Below are positions 51,113 to 64,000 of a stretch of DNA of 64,000 nucleotides, piece by piece. How positions within the stretch are numbered: the first letter of the stretch is position 1; every line of letters starts with the position of its first letter. Origin of the DNA: Dicyema japonicum (taxonomy: Eukaryota > Animalia > Dicyemida); contig RDEW01000006.1 of assembly GCA_011109175.1 (NCBI GenBank), forward strand, positions 1,709,038-1,773,037, written 5' to 3'. Position numbers and translations under genes: made by a program. The notes beneath the pieces were generated by a model, which searched no databases, was not told the DNA's origin, and worked only from the letters and a program-made list of their open reading frames with translations.

Positions 51113-53039
51113 ATCGATAATTGTATTGGACTATTATTTTCTCCACTCCTCCCTCCGTCGAACAACTAGTGAAATGGTTCAACTCCATTATAAACGCTGC
51201 GAAAAAGAAGTACATTCCTATGGGGAGACAACCAACGTCATCCAAACGTTTCAATGCAACGACGAAACATCTGATCAGAGAACGAAATAATCTAAAGATG
51301 GTAAAATCGCCAACAGAAGAGAACATCAGAAAATACGAGGATTGAACAGAGATATCGACAACAACATAAAGGCAGAAAATGCAAATAGATAGACGAGAAC
51401 TCTCTACAAAAACCCCCAATGCAATGCAAAGAGTGTGTGGATCAAAACATCAAAAGACCCTCCCCAGAGAGAAAAGTCGAAGTCTACATAAAACCAGACA
51501 CTCTGATAAAATATTACACATCTATATCCTACAGGAAGTTTTCAAAAGAACACCAAGTATTCCTGAAAAAGATTGAACCAAAACGCTCCGATGACTGGAT
51601 CCTATTTACTAGTCAGGATGTTCGCAGAGCCATATCTAAGGCCAACAACTCGGAGGCCAAAGGACCAGACAATATAACCACATGTGAACTGAAGCACCTA
51701 GGCCATCGAGCCCTGGAACTATTAGCCTATATATTCAACCTATCCATTAACACAAATACAATCCCTGAAATATGGAAGAAGTCTCTAATCAGACCTATCC
51801 GAAAACCTAACAAACCAATAGATGAACCATCTTCCTATCGCCCAATATCTATTCTAAGTCCGGTCTCAAGGATCCTTGAAAGGCTTGTTTTGGAAAAATA
51901 CAAGACTCAATCTCAATACCTCCGACCCAGCACGGATTCCGGGACAACCATTCGACGACAACACACCTTACAACCCTCACACAATTCATTGCGGAAGGAT
52001 TTAACTCCCCAAACCCATCAGAGGACAGTACTTATATCCGTGGACATCACAAAAGCGTTCGACTCAGTCCCCAGGAAACTCCTAACAAAGAAAATATGAA
52101 ACCAACATCCATCCGAACCTGAAACTTTGGCTTGGAAACTTCCTAAATGGAAGACGAGCACAAGTACTCTGCAACAACATCAAATCAAGATCTCGCTATT
52201 TCCCAAATGGAGTCCCTCAAGGCTCCCCACTATCACCCCAACTCTTCAATCTCTACATAAACGACATGCCACAAACCTGTAATGAAAACTGTCTAATCCT
52301 CTCCTATGCCGACGATATCATTCTTGCTTCCAAGAACAGAAGCATTCAATCAGCGACTCAGTTGGCTCAACAAATGCTGACAACTTGGAACTATGGCTCT
52401 CGAAGCGGAGACTCGACACATCAGCAGCAAAGTCCTTGTCACGCTGTTTACCACTTACAAAGACAGCTCTGTATAGAACCAAAAATCTTTATGATAAACG
52501 AAGCTATTCCTATTAACAAAACACCGAAGATTCTGGGAGAAACCTTTGATCAGGGACTCACCTTTATCCGACATGTTGAAAACAAAGTAACTTCTGCTCT
52601 GAAAAAATGAGAATTTTAAATGTGCTCTCAAAAACACTTAGACCAAAATGGGTTTTGCCACGATTTATGAACAATTTATCCGATCAACGATGACGTATGC
52701 AAGTCCTTCGTGGGCAATGCAGACTTCATGATCCTCCTCATTGAAACTATCCGCAATCGAGGAAACTGCAATAAGGTTAATTGGACCAAAGCACAAAATC
52801 CAGCCCATTGAAAATTTCTTAATCGAATTACAACGGAAACTAAAGAGGCTATTTACCGAGCTGCCCTCTATTCCATACACTGTCTAAATATCACAATACT
52901 ACAGAAATTTTGAGCCGATGCAATGTCCGATAAGAAGACCTGTTCAGGATTCTCGACCCCGCCGGACTCGTCCTTCCTTTATTAAATAAGAACTTTTATT
53001 TCTCTCTCTTTGACCCAGTGATCCTGGGGGTAATAATAA
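51113..53039 (+). mobile_element. Vingi/Jockey-like LINE, 5'-truncated, 11-bp TSD
   Basis: SYRPISILSP, VDITKAFDSV, LSYADDII; (TAA)n tail; TAATGTAGTTC at 51102-51112 and 53040-53050. Confidence 0.9.
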
Positions 53040-53329
53040 TAATGTAGTTCTTACTGTTGATCTCCGCCGAAATGATTAATCAGCCTCTTATGATAGTAGC
53101 GGAGATGAACTGAGGAGCCACTGGATTTCACGGACATTATGGCTTCTCGTTGTAACTAGACGTCGCATTTTTTGAGAAAAGACAGTGATTTGTTACTTAT
53201 ACCTTCAGTTGTCTTAATAACTATAGCACGAAACACTTCCAGTCTGACAGATTTTAGCATAAAGGTGGTATTCAGCAGACTACATAGCATATCAAGATAC
53301 CCTTTGTTTCATTATGTCTTTGGTATCTT

Positions 53330-54000
53330 TTCGCACTCTTCGGTATTTACTTAAATATTGACGGTACCACTTCATCGGCACTTGTGAATTTAGCGCATTT
53401 CTGGTCCAAGTTGAATGGAGATTCCGATGCGGATTGTAGCTTCGTCAGATTGCCTTCCAAAGCTTCCGATTAAGAAAATATTGATCCAACCTTGTATCTT
53501 CCAGCATTCAGATATGCACGCCGATGTTGATTGAACGCTGTAAATAACGATTTGGTTGTTCTTATTTCGTCATGGCAAAGAAAAAAGAAACACCAACGGA
53601 GAAGCCTTAGTAAAATTATGCTCTGAAGTCAATCTATTTTTGTCAATACTTCTCTCATCCATCTGGCAAGACATAACCACATGGACCGGACAAAGAAAGG
53701 GCCAAGATAGTGCTGATTTATGACAAATCGACTATGTCTTTGCAAACCTAAGTATCAAGGATTCACGGTCTTTCTAAGGCGCTATGATGTTGAGTGACAA
53801 CGAAGCTGTCACAGCCAGGTTCAAACTTGCAGACAACCAACAATTCGCATGCAAAATACGAACAGTTCTAAGTGAGCTATTGATTGCCTAACCACATACT
53901 CTGCTATCAGCTAAAATGTAATGAAAATTCGAAGAACTGATGACAAAACTACTCACCAAGAGTTTCCATTCTCGAAGCTCATTCCTTTCAGAGCAAACAT
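53330..54000 (+). mobile_element. RTE-type APE endonuclease remnant
   Basis: NTNGEALVKLCSEVNL..NT and QIDYV motifs. Confidence 0.6.
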
Positions 54001-54744
54001 TATACTTCTTGTTATTTTTTTTCTCAATTCAATCCTATAAATGTCCTGAGCTGCCTTGGGTGAAACAAGTTCATCCCTAATTCTTCAGTCTTGGATATCG
54101 TCCACGTTGACAAATTGTAAAATAAAATTTTTTTAGCAAAGACTTTGTACATGCTTAGCCTGAATGATATACTTGATGGTCTTGTGTCATCCAGTTCATT
54201 TAACTTTGTTTAACTCAGCTGTAGGAAGTCTTTGAACAATGTCTTCACTGCTAGCAAGTAAGGGACAAGCTTAATGGTCTTCCTCCATGGCTCATTCGAT
54301 CCATCCTTATGATATCCACTACTTTCTTTTTGGAAACAAATCGTCGTTAGATACCATTTCTTGAGCTCTTTAGGAGACATTTCAAATAGGCGAAGAAAAG
54401 CTAATTTATACCTTCGACGTCGTCAGCATATATGGATTCAGCCTGCTACCTCATAAAGTTTCGAGGGTAACGTAGCGCCGCCTGCAAGTATATACAAACA
54501 TCAAAGGAGAGGGAGTCCCCTTGCAGAGTACCACATTATATGCGAATTGTCTTGATATAGTTTGCCAATTTGAACTGTTAGCTTTGTGGTGGATAAAAGG
54601 ACTCAACATTTTTACTGAGTCAGACTCCAGAAATCCCTCCCTGGAATGAATAGTAAATCTCGACGGACTCTGTCTAAAGCCTTCGATACGTCTATTCCAA
54701 GGATTCTAGTTATGTTTTGGTATCTGTGGCTCTGGACTATATTG

Positions 54745-54885
54745 TTATTCCACCCAGTCGGGTGTCAGGAAATAGGCCTGATGGCCTTTAGTTCGAATCT
54801 TGCTGCTGTACTTCCGGCTGAAGGTTCCACGCATCTCAATGTTTTGGCTTGACTAGTGACGCCTCGTCAGTAGGGAAACCGCTTG
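54745..54885 (+). mobile_element. tRNA-headed SINE, 5' remnant
   Basis: GTTCGAATCTTGCTGCTGT..GAAGGTTCCACGCATCT..GTGACGCC matches the head region of the 25.6-kb copy. Confidence 0.65.
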
Positions 54886-55299
54886 CTATAAAAATTAAAT
54901 AGTTATATTTTTTCCAAAAATAAACTGTTATTTTTTGCTATTTTTATATATCTGTTTTTATTTACAATTAAGTAAAATAATAATAAAATTTTTAGTCGAC
55001 ACGTGTTAATTTCATGCGAAATGTGTATCTATTGACAATTGTGTTTTAAAGATAAAATCACATTATGAAGATGTTGAACATAACATGGAATAATGCCTCG
55101 GCTGTAAAAAACAAAAAAATTCAAAAGTTTGACAACCAAACCTGACGTGGCTTTATCAGTAGTTGATTGAGTGCAGCAAAATATCACTCTTCAAATCTTT
55201 CAGAAATATTTTGCATTGTTTTCTGAATTGGTGGCGACGGAATTACTGTAAAAAATAAGGATTTAGTATTTAGTCAAAAAACTCTGTTCTATGCTCAAC

Positions 55300-55680
55300 A
55301 CTGTTTGAACTATTGAAACTAACTATTTGGGCTGATAGACTTAATGAAAATGAAAAGCGCCCAGACGGGGTTAACTGTCTTCCCCTTCTTTTGGGGGAAA
55401 TGCTTGATTTGGAATGGGGTCTGTACCGACATTATTTCCCAGTCGAGATTTGCAGGTTCCGCTTGAAAGCTGGAAAGGCTGCTCGGACTATGAGAATGTC
55501 AAGATCAAAAAATATGATAGCCTCTCCACAAGATTGCATGTACAGACCGTTGTTGTCGACACGAGTGGAGTCTTCGGGCCTAAGATGGTCTCTTTTCTAA
55601 GATCGCTTGGGTCAGTGATGATTTTGAAAGTCAGTAATGAACGTCGAGAAAATGATTTCTCTGGCAGTTGTCAGGGGAAA
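55300..55680 (+). mobile_element. Degenerate CRE REL fragment
   Basis: KRPDG, GKCLIW..CTD, VDTSGVFGP. Confidence 0.7.
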
Positions 55681-56054
55681 CAGCCATTCTATCTGCTGGA
55701 TTATTTTGATTGTCTTTTCAATAAAATGTTTTATTGACTTTATTTCAAAAACAGAGAGGATTATTCTATGGAGGAAGCATTTTCGGACCTAACTCAGTCA
55801 TTTCAAAACAGATCCTTGTAATGTGAATGAAATATTTCCAAAAACGTCAAATAACTGGGATTTTAGAAATACTAAAATTTTCAGATAAAAGTCTTACACC
55901 AAACATGTAGGATGTCCTCTGTCCTTTTTGCAACAAATCACCTATTTGAATGTCATGAATTAGCACAACGTTCGTCTCAATTCCGGGACTGACCGACATT
56001 TTCTAAGTCCTATTTAATAGCTGCTGGCCTCCACAAGTTAGTGAGGGGGTTACT

Positions 56055-56215
56055 TAACTAACCAAACATCAGTGAACATTTCACTGCGGAACTGGTCGTC
56101 TATAAGGGACTCACAACAAAAAAAGAAGTGAGGGCATTCCTTGGTTCTCATTTAACTTAAATAAAGCGTGTGTCCTGTCTGTGAAGATCTATAGCTAATA
56201 TGTCTGTGGAGTATT
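56055..56215 (+). mobile_element. SINE core and tail remnant upstream of OAT
   Basis: CAGTGAACATTTCACTGCGGAAC...AATAAAGCGTGTGTCCTG. Confidence 0.65.
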
Positions 56216-56312
56216 GTTAAATCGTTTATCCGCCTAACGATTACAGGGCAGAAAATTAATTGGAGAAACATTAAATTACATATTTAAGCAATCGCAAAAA
56301 TTATGCTTCGAA

Positions 56313-57781
56313 ATGTCTAGAATCTCTACTTTTGTGAGAACTATCAGCAACGGTTGTAACTTGTAACCAACTAGCGCAGCCTCATCAGTCAGAAGTGGAT
56401 ATCCTTTCAGAATCGACTCAGGAGTGGTGGAGAATATCGACAAATACAGCGCCCATAATTATAAACCACAACCAGTTGTCATTAACAAAGGAAAAGGTTG
56501 GTTAATGACACACCTTAGGGTGTTTTGTGTGGGATACCTTTTGGAAAGAAGTACTACGACTTCCTCTGTGGCTACAGCGCCATGAATCAGGGTCACTGCC
56601 ATCCCAGACTCGTCCAAGCTATGATTGACCAAGCTAAAGAGCTCACGTTGTCTTCACGAGCCTTCTATAACAAACCCTTTGAGGCTTACACAGAATATAT
56701 CACAAAGTTGTTTGGATATGACAAGGTTCTGCCCATGAACACTGGTTATATGTGAAGTAACCTTCAGGGGCCGAGGGTGGAGAGACCGCCTGCAAGCTCG
56801 CAAAAAAGTGGGGGTATTACGTCAAAAAGATTCTACCGAATCAAGCAAAAATAATTTACGCCAAAAATAACTTTTGGGGACGAACGATGGCGGCAGTTTC
56901 CTCATCAACTGACCCATCTTGCTATGTTGGGTACGGTCCCTACCTCCCAGGAATAGTTATGGTCGACTATGATGACCTGGAAGCTCTAGATGTTTCTCGA
57001 TTTTTGAATTTCCCATTTAGAGAGCCTGTCAAGACCCCAATGTCTGTGCCTTTATGGTTGAACCAATTCAAGGCGAGGCTGGGATCGTCGTCCCAAAGGA
57101 AGGGTACCTTAAAGGAGTCAGGGAGATCACTAAACGTCACAATGTCCTCTACATCGACGATGAAGTCCAAACTGGCCTTGCAAGAACTGGAAGGTGGATA
57201 GGGGATTAAGTTTAGGCGACTCTGTGTAGATTACGAGGATGTACGACCAGATATTGTGATCCTCGGAAAATCCTTATCTGGAGGACTGCTTCCAGTTAAC
57301 GTATAAGTCATCTCAGATATCCTGTGTCTTAGCAGACGATGAGGTCATGCTTAATATGGAGCCAGGGACACACGGGTCTACGTTTGGTGGAAATCCCTTA
57401 TCCTCAAGAGTAGCTCTAGAAGCTCTGAAGGTGATCATTCTGATTTATTGTCAGGTAATGGAGGAGGAAAAATTATCAGAGCGGGCTGAATATTTGGGGG
57501 ATATATTTAGAAGGGAAGTCAGACAGATCAACTCAAAATACATTGAATGTGTTCGCGGAAAAGGACTTTCAACGGAATCGTAGTCAAAAAAGGGTTGATT
57601 TGTGGGAAATAATGGTTAAGAATACAATGGGGACGATATTTGTCGGAGACTCATGGAAAACGGATTATTGACAAAAACTACCCACGTGGACAGAATTCGC
57701 TTCGCTCCTGCCCTTACTCTTACAGAGGAAGAGCTCTTAGAAGCCACGCAAATCATAAGGGACACATTTGAAAGCTTCTAG
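56313..57781 (+). CDS. OAT: Ornithine aminotransferase (class III PLP enzyme), 8 micro-introns, a few 1-nt indels
   Basis: [21 protein letters not shown]|[52 protein letters not shown]; introns of 22/22/23/29/22/22/24/27 nt. Confidence 0.95.
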
Positions 57782-58339
57782 ACCACAAGCTAACTTTTAC
57801 TCTATCAAAACTAACAAATTTTTATTTAACAAATATCGATAAATCATTAAATCATTAAACTAATTAGAAATGCTGATTATTTCTCTTCACGTGTTTAGTC
57901 GGTTATGGCACTATTAACCTTCAGCAAAGTACCTAGGAAATCGATTTTTAATAAAGGTAACCATGTATACTTTGGAATGGATGTGATTGTGAGAATAACG
58001 CCTATCTAATGAGTTTTCCTCTTCAGGTGCCTATACTTAGTGAGATGTTCTACTGACTACTGGATTAATAATAATTTTGGATTTAGCTATTAATAACAAT
58101 TTGTGGATTTAATTGCTGGTAGGTGTGTCCGAGTGTGGTTTTTTGAATTGATCATGGCTAAAATGTCATTTTCTACTAATTCTCAAAGTGATCTCAGCCT
58201 TAAACATCTATCGAATAATCTTCGAATGCTCAGCCAGTGAACCAACAGCGTTTCTGAAGTGTCTTCTTTTATTTCTGCGGAGGAATTCTATCGGAGTGCA
58301 CTTTTTTAATGCCGATCTGAATTCTTCCGCATGAACCAC

Positions 58340-59750
58340 CCACTCTTTGAATGGGTTTCCTAGCTCATTGCACTGTGTATGCATCCAAGTCTCAGTTCAA
58401 GCTAGGAAGCCCAGGCCATTTCTCACCGTCGCCTTCTTTGAAAGCATACTGGGGACGGATGTGGAGTCTGATTGTATGTGCCTCATGATCTTCCGTCTGA
58501 GAGAATTCACACACTCCACCCTTGTAGAAAGAATGACGAATCTCCAGACAGAACAGGCATATTCAATCGTCGGCGCAATAACTTGAAGATATACTTTGCT
58601 GATGCAAGCAGTAGGAAGGAAGGGGCTCTTCGTACGATGACTTTTAGGACGTTCCATTTTCGAAGACCCTTGATTAACATCTCCGTGTGACTGGGGAACG
58701 TCATCAGAGAGTCGAAAGTTACTCCAAGGATCTTCTGGATTCGTGTATAAGGGATGGGAATGTTTCCGAGGAATATCTCAAGTCCACCTTCAAATCTTCT
58801 GTCCGTAGTAAATAGCTTGAACTGAGACTTGGATGCAGACACAATTAGCAAATTCATATAGCCAGTCACACACGTGGTTAAGGTGTGACTGAACCACCGC
58901 ACAGCCCTGGAGAAAGATTTGTCCCTTGCAGTGATAATCAAGTCGTCTGCATAAGATAAAAACATGGTGTCCTGATCATTGATAGTAGGTAAATCATGTA
59001 GAAATAAGGTAAACAAGAGAGGAGACAGAGGGGAGCCTTGCGGGACCCCATTGGGGAGTAGTCTTGATTTTGAGGTGGTTTTGTCAATCCGGACCCTTCC
59101 GCGCCCAGTTAAGAAGTTTTCCATCCATAGCATGATGCTCGGGTGTAAATTTGAGTTAAAGATCTTTGTTAGAAGAGTTGTTGAAACCGAGTCGAAGGCT
59201 TTCTGTATATCTATAGACACCAGAGCCGTCCGTAAGTGCATCTTCATGTTGAATCCGTCTGTGATGAACTGGGAGATAGATCCCAAATGCGTCGTTATAG
59301 AACGGCCTGATCTAAAGCCATGTTGAAAATCAGGAAATTGTAGAACAGGGGTGATTAACATTAGTACAAGCTTCTCCAACACTTTTGACAAAACGCAAGT
59401 TATGGAGACAGGCGATAAAAAGATGGAATTTCCAAGAATTTTCCAGACTTGAGGATTGGAGTAATCAATGAGTTCTCCCATATGTTTGGTATTGTATGGG
59501 AATTTATAGACTGGTTGTATAGTCTTGATAACACAATATGAGCCTGGGGTCATAGGTGTTTAAGGTGGATAGCACAAACACCGTCGGGGCCATAGGCTCG
59601 GGTTGGTCGTAGAAATTTAATAGTTTTTTCCACGTCGTAAAAAGTGAAGAACGTCGTTATATGGCAACCGTTGTGGATTACCTCGTTTGACATGCAGAGA
59701 TCGAGAGAAGTCCTTGTGGCTGATCGACACATAGTATTTCATGCGTGTCC
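58340..59750 (-). mobile_element. Vingi/Jockey-like LINE RT fragment
   Basis: FQHGFRSGRS, IDIQKAFDSV, GVPQGSPLSP, SYADDL. Confidence 0.88.
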
Positions 59751-61778
59751 ATTCAAAATGGCCTCTAATTAATTTTTTCAGGTTTTGGGTTGTTCAGTAA
59801 TAAACATCACGAGATTTTAGCGAAACGACATCTTTAAGTAAAAAAGTCATTATTTTAAATCTTATAAAAATTGATTTTAAGGGGTCCTATGGGTAAGTGG
59901 AACATTTTACCAAGGTCCTCGATATCTTTAGGTAAAAAAGTCATTTTTTTAATCAAAAAAATTGATTTTAACGGTCCTATGGGTAAGTGGAACATTTTAC
60001 CAAGGTCCTCGACATCTTTGAGTAAAAAAGTCATCTTTTTTAAATCAAATAAAAATTGATTTTAAGGGGTCCTATGGGTAAGTGGAACATTTTACCAAGG
60101 TCCTCGACATCTTTGGGTAAAAAAGTCATTTTTTTAAATCAATTAAAAATTGATTTTAAACGGTCCTATGGGTAAGTGGAACATTTTACCAAGGTGCATA
60201 TTGGAGGTGCTCAGATCGTACTTGTCCTGGATCTGTAAAAATCATTCAATTCAGTGATGAAGCTTGGAGTCTGAAGCAACATAATCATCTTCCAAGGAGT
60301 GAATTTGTCAAGAGAGTCTTAATACGGGAGGACATAAAGCAGAAATCACTCTTATGTGATATGGGTCCTAGACAGATAATAAATAATTCTCTTCTTGGAC
60401 AAAATTTGACTACTATTGCTTTGACAGGAACTCATTCTTCTCTGGAACAACTGATTAATAGAACAAGAAAAAGTATCCCACACGAAAGTGATGATTCAGT
60501 TCTTAATATTGAGGAGAATTTGATGTATATCTTACGAAGGCAGAGAGTCTATCAGTTTGGACACAGTTTTCGCCAAAACATTAGTATATTAATAATTAAC
60601 TTTTCAGATGTCGAGACAAATATGGTTTTTTTTGATTCTGAAATGACGACACCACTAAAAATCATAAAATATGGTCTATTGATGAAACTTTTTCTGTCTA
60701 TTCTTTTCCTTGGGAGCAGTTATTCACAATATCGATAATAATTAATCACCATGTAATTCCAATAATATTCTGTCTTTTAACATCAAAAACTGAAAATAAA
60801 TGACACAATGCTTCAAATAATTAAACGTCTTATTCCGAATTTAAAACCAAGACTTATTGTCTCAGATTTTGAAAAAAAAGCAATAAACTCTTTTCAAAAA
60901 TCAATTTCAAACGCACGGATAAAAATAGGTTAAATGTGATTTAAAATAAAAGATAGACTTGTAAAACTGTTGAAATGCCTTTCCTTTTTTCCTACACATA
61001 TTGTAAAAAACACTTTTGATTGGATAGTGTCGAGATCAGATTTTTCCTGCTATTCTAATCCATTATATCAATATTTTTCGATCAATTAATCAAGAAAATG
61101 GATTAATTCCAAGACTTCCAATTAATTATTGGAATATCTGGATAATTTATATGAGGACTTACCTCGGACAAATAACTCCATGAAGGCTGGCACAACGTTT
61201 ATAGAAGTACATTTGGGACACTAAACAAGACGCCAAGAAATTTTGTAAATAAATTAAGATTACAAAAAAAGAAGGCATAATGATAAAATTTTTAAGATTA
61301 CAAAATGGAGAAAAAATTCTTAGAAAAACTAAATATATCGCTTTATCTGAGAATATATTGAGATTTGTTGAAGAACAAATATTACTTAACATGGATCGTC
61401 TATTAACATTTATAATTATTTTCTTTTTTGAAAATAAATCTTTCAATTTTAAAGTTATATAAAAATATTAAAAAGATGACTTTTTTAGCTAAATATGTCG
61501 AGGACCTTGGTAAAATGTTCCACTTACCCATAGGACCCCTTAAATCAATTTTTATTTGATTTAAAAAGATGACTTTTTTACCTAAAGATCTCGAGGACCT
61601 TGGTAAAATGTTCTACATACCCATAGAACTTCTTAAAATCAATTTTTAAAAGATTTAAATAAATAACTTTTTTTACTTAAAGATGTCATTTCGCTAAAAT
61701 CTCGTGATGTTTATTGCTGAACTAACCCAAAACCTGAAAAAATTAATTGGAGGCCATTTTGAGAGTCAATTTTGAATG
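59750..61778 (+). mobile_element. Mutator-like (MULE) element with long TIRs containing tandem subrepeats; transposase decayed
   Basis: Inverted arms 59750-60195 and 61470-61778; WSIDETF..QLFTI..IPIIFCLL, IVSDFE, RTNN..EGWHN motifs; no TSD found. Confidence 0.82.
59838..60195. repeat. Tandem 90-95-bp subterminal repeat (about 3.8 units; about 2 inverted units at 61470-61690)
   Basis: GGTCCTATGGGTAAGTGGAACATTTTACCAAGGT recurs; unit starts at 59838, 59932, 60022, 60117. Confidence 0.95.
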
Positions 61779-61789
61779 AAAACCCTTCC

Positions 61790-62360
61790 ATAGTGAGGCT
61801 GTTGATACTCTATAGTGTCTTCATCTTCCTTAATGAGGAGGTCAAAGTCAAGGTAAAGTAATTTTGTCTTTGGAGAAGAGTCGGAAAGGAGAATGTACAC
61901 ATCGACAACTTTGATGTTCCCCATATTCTTGGTATTGAAATTCCAAAATATTCAACGGGAGATAAGAGTTCTAAATGACAAGGGGTCGTCGAGGAAAAAA
62001 TATTCTTCATTACAATAGTAATAATTCCTCTTACATACGGTCGATCCTTTCTGATCGGCATGGGAGAGTAGGGTGTAAGCTACGTCTCCTGTAAAAGGCA
62101 TACATCAATGTTATGTTTTTTAGAAGATTTGAGCTCAATTACTTTTCCTATCACTCGGTTAGAGATTATGGAGTTCCGGATTTGGTTTGACGCCCCTAAA
62201 AATAATCAATAAGGCTTCCACCAGGTTAGATGAGTAGTAACAACAAGAGAGCCATTCAAGAAGGATAATCTTCTTGGATTGGGGTGAGCAGATGGTTATT
62301 TTTACTGTGAAAGTAAGTCTACAGTGACGCCACCAGAAACGGCAAACCACATGATGCGAG
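61790..62360 (-). mobile_element. 5' end + APE N-terminus of a Vingi/Jockey-like LINE
   Basis: Structured 5' motif, then LLIIFRGVKPNP (degenerate 2A-like) and HNIDVCLLQET. Confidence 0.7.
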
Positions 62361-62374
62361 TTAACCAGTGTTTA

Positions 62375-62690
62375 TTTATTAACCCCGGGATCACCGAGAA
62401 AAAAAGCTAAAGTAATGTCAACTAGTTATGTGATCCCAGTTCCCGCAACCAAACGTGCCATCCAAAGCCTGTGCGTCTCCATTGTTCCCACTGTCGAACG
62501 GCAATGTCTTCTTTGATCCTTGAAGAGGAAGCCGATTGGGGACGGAAATTTCTTAGCCAACGATTTTCTTTTGCGTGGAACAGTGAGAGGCTTAGTGAGT
62601 GTCCATCTTCCTCGCAAATGCGGAGAAATCTAAAACCACATCTACGAGTTGTAGATTCCGTCAACAGGTGAGGTTTTTTGTTCCACTTGT
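62375..62690 (-). mobile_element. Vingi/Jockey-like LINE 3' end (same family as 34401-34706)
   Basis: Near-colinear similarity; GATCCCGGGGTTAATAAATAA tail. Confidence 0.85.
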
Positions 62691-63049
62691 GGTCCCAGCA
62701 TACGTATTGTTTTCCTTTGCAGTAAATTTAGTTTTTGAATAGTGGCTTCTGATAACGCGAATCTCCACGCAGCAGAAACATATTCCACAGCCGGCGGATT
62801 TTCTGGTATATGATTCCGATTGCTTTATTTATATTCGCTGTGGTCTTCTGGATGAAAGCCCGTGTGACATTTAATTTCTTTAGTCCTATATGGCACAATC
62901 AACAGTAGAAATAAATTAATTGAATGCAGAGTTTTTAAAATTATAAATTTTATTAAATTTTTAAAATTTAAATATTGCAGCTTGTTGAGGTAATAACGTG
63001 ATGATTGAAGTGGAGACAAATTCGAAAACAATTGTATCAATTATTAAAC

Positions 63050-63700
63050 AATTTAGGCGAATAATGACAAATCTCAAGCGACAAGAAACCTTGAATACTA
63101 CAAGAAGGTAACTATTAACATACATAGAAGAATTTAAAAGTAATTATCACTCAAAATCTGAAAAGCGAGCTACAGTTTGAGCTTATCGACTGCAGTATTT
63201 CATTAGCGAATGCTCTCCGAAGAATAATAATTGCTGAGGTCCCACAATGGCTGTTGAAAAGGTGTTCTTCCTTCAAAATACAAGCAACATACACCCTGAT
63301 TCCGCAATTGCTCAACGGCTAGGACTGATTCCTGTCCACGTGGATGCAAATCTGTTCAATTACAGCAAAGGTATATTAGTTTCTCACATTAGACCCCTTT
63401 ACTCCCACCGATGATTCCACTTTGGTCTTTCAGCTTTCCAAAAGTTCTTCTGATATCGAAAACTCGCGATTCCGTACTGGTTCTTAGTTTTTGTCAACTT
63501 CTAGTGACCTCGGACCTCATGGAGTGGATTCCGCTTGGAAATCAGTCCGAATGGATAGGTCCTCGGCCCAGGATGACTCCGGGAATTCCTATAACGGAAA
63601 TTAATTACGGAGATGTATTTTTTCCGTTTATACGTTAGAAATTGGATTTTTACGTTTACTGCGTAAAGGGAATAGGTCTGAGTCACTCAAAGTTCTCTCC
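63050..63700 (-). mobile_element. Degenerate LINE APE N-terminal remnant
   Basis: SHPGP (2A-like) followed by weak APE motifs. Confidence 0.35.
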
Positions 63701-64000
63701 TGCTGGTTGGCTTGTTTTTATATGTTTAGCTGGCTGCTATTACAAGATGAAGCCTAAAATTGAGCTCACTCGACCGTTTATTGGAGAAAATGCGGAAGTT
63801 CTGCAATCCCAGCTTCCCCGTGGGGTCGTTAAAATCAGTGGAAATGAACGGAAGGCCTGTATATGTGAAGAGAACGTGGATTTGGATGTTTGAACGCGTG
63901 TGTGAACGATGAAAACATGGGAGTAAGAATGAGGCGGTTGGACTCCCATTTGTTATGTAAGAGTGATCGTGAGGTTTAGTTTGTGTGGAATCGGTGGGGG

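Noticed and set aside
59838-60195. CRISPR-like array
   Set aside because: Eukaryotic context, no unique spacers, and the units recur inverted as MULE subterminal repeats.

Overview
AT-rich eukaryotic (metazoan) genomic window, mostly nested transposable elements, with a few host genes broken by ultra-short (about 22-29 nt) spliceosomal introns. Host genes: ornithine aminotransferase (8 micro-introns), POLR2K/RPB12, an NR1F (ROR/HR3)-type nuclear receptor, two inverted near-identical copies of a miniaturised Meis/PKNOX TALE homeobox gene, and a possible RIC1-like 5' fragment. Animal-type genes plus micro-introns point, by inference only, to a dicyemid mesozoan or a similarly reduced parasite. 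Mobile DNA: CRE-clade and R4-like REL-type non-LTR retrotransposons (several with target-site duplications), RTE and Jockey/I (Vingi/Ingi-like) APE-type LINEs, Penelope-like remnants, a tRNA-headed SINE family, hAT, pogo and MULE remnants, and a Ginger-like integrase family. The most notable observations are (1) integrase transposons carrying host-style micro-introns, one at a conserved position, (2) a covarying HDV-ribozyme-like fold in five LINE 5' regions, (3) the duplicated mini-Meis with K50/D51 in its recognition helix, and (4) an EGCKN P-box in the nuclear receptor. Many frameshifts are single-base homopolymer indels and probably sequencing noise. All translations, alignments and counts were done by hand; no searches were run.
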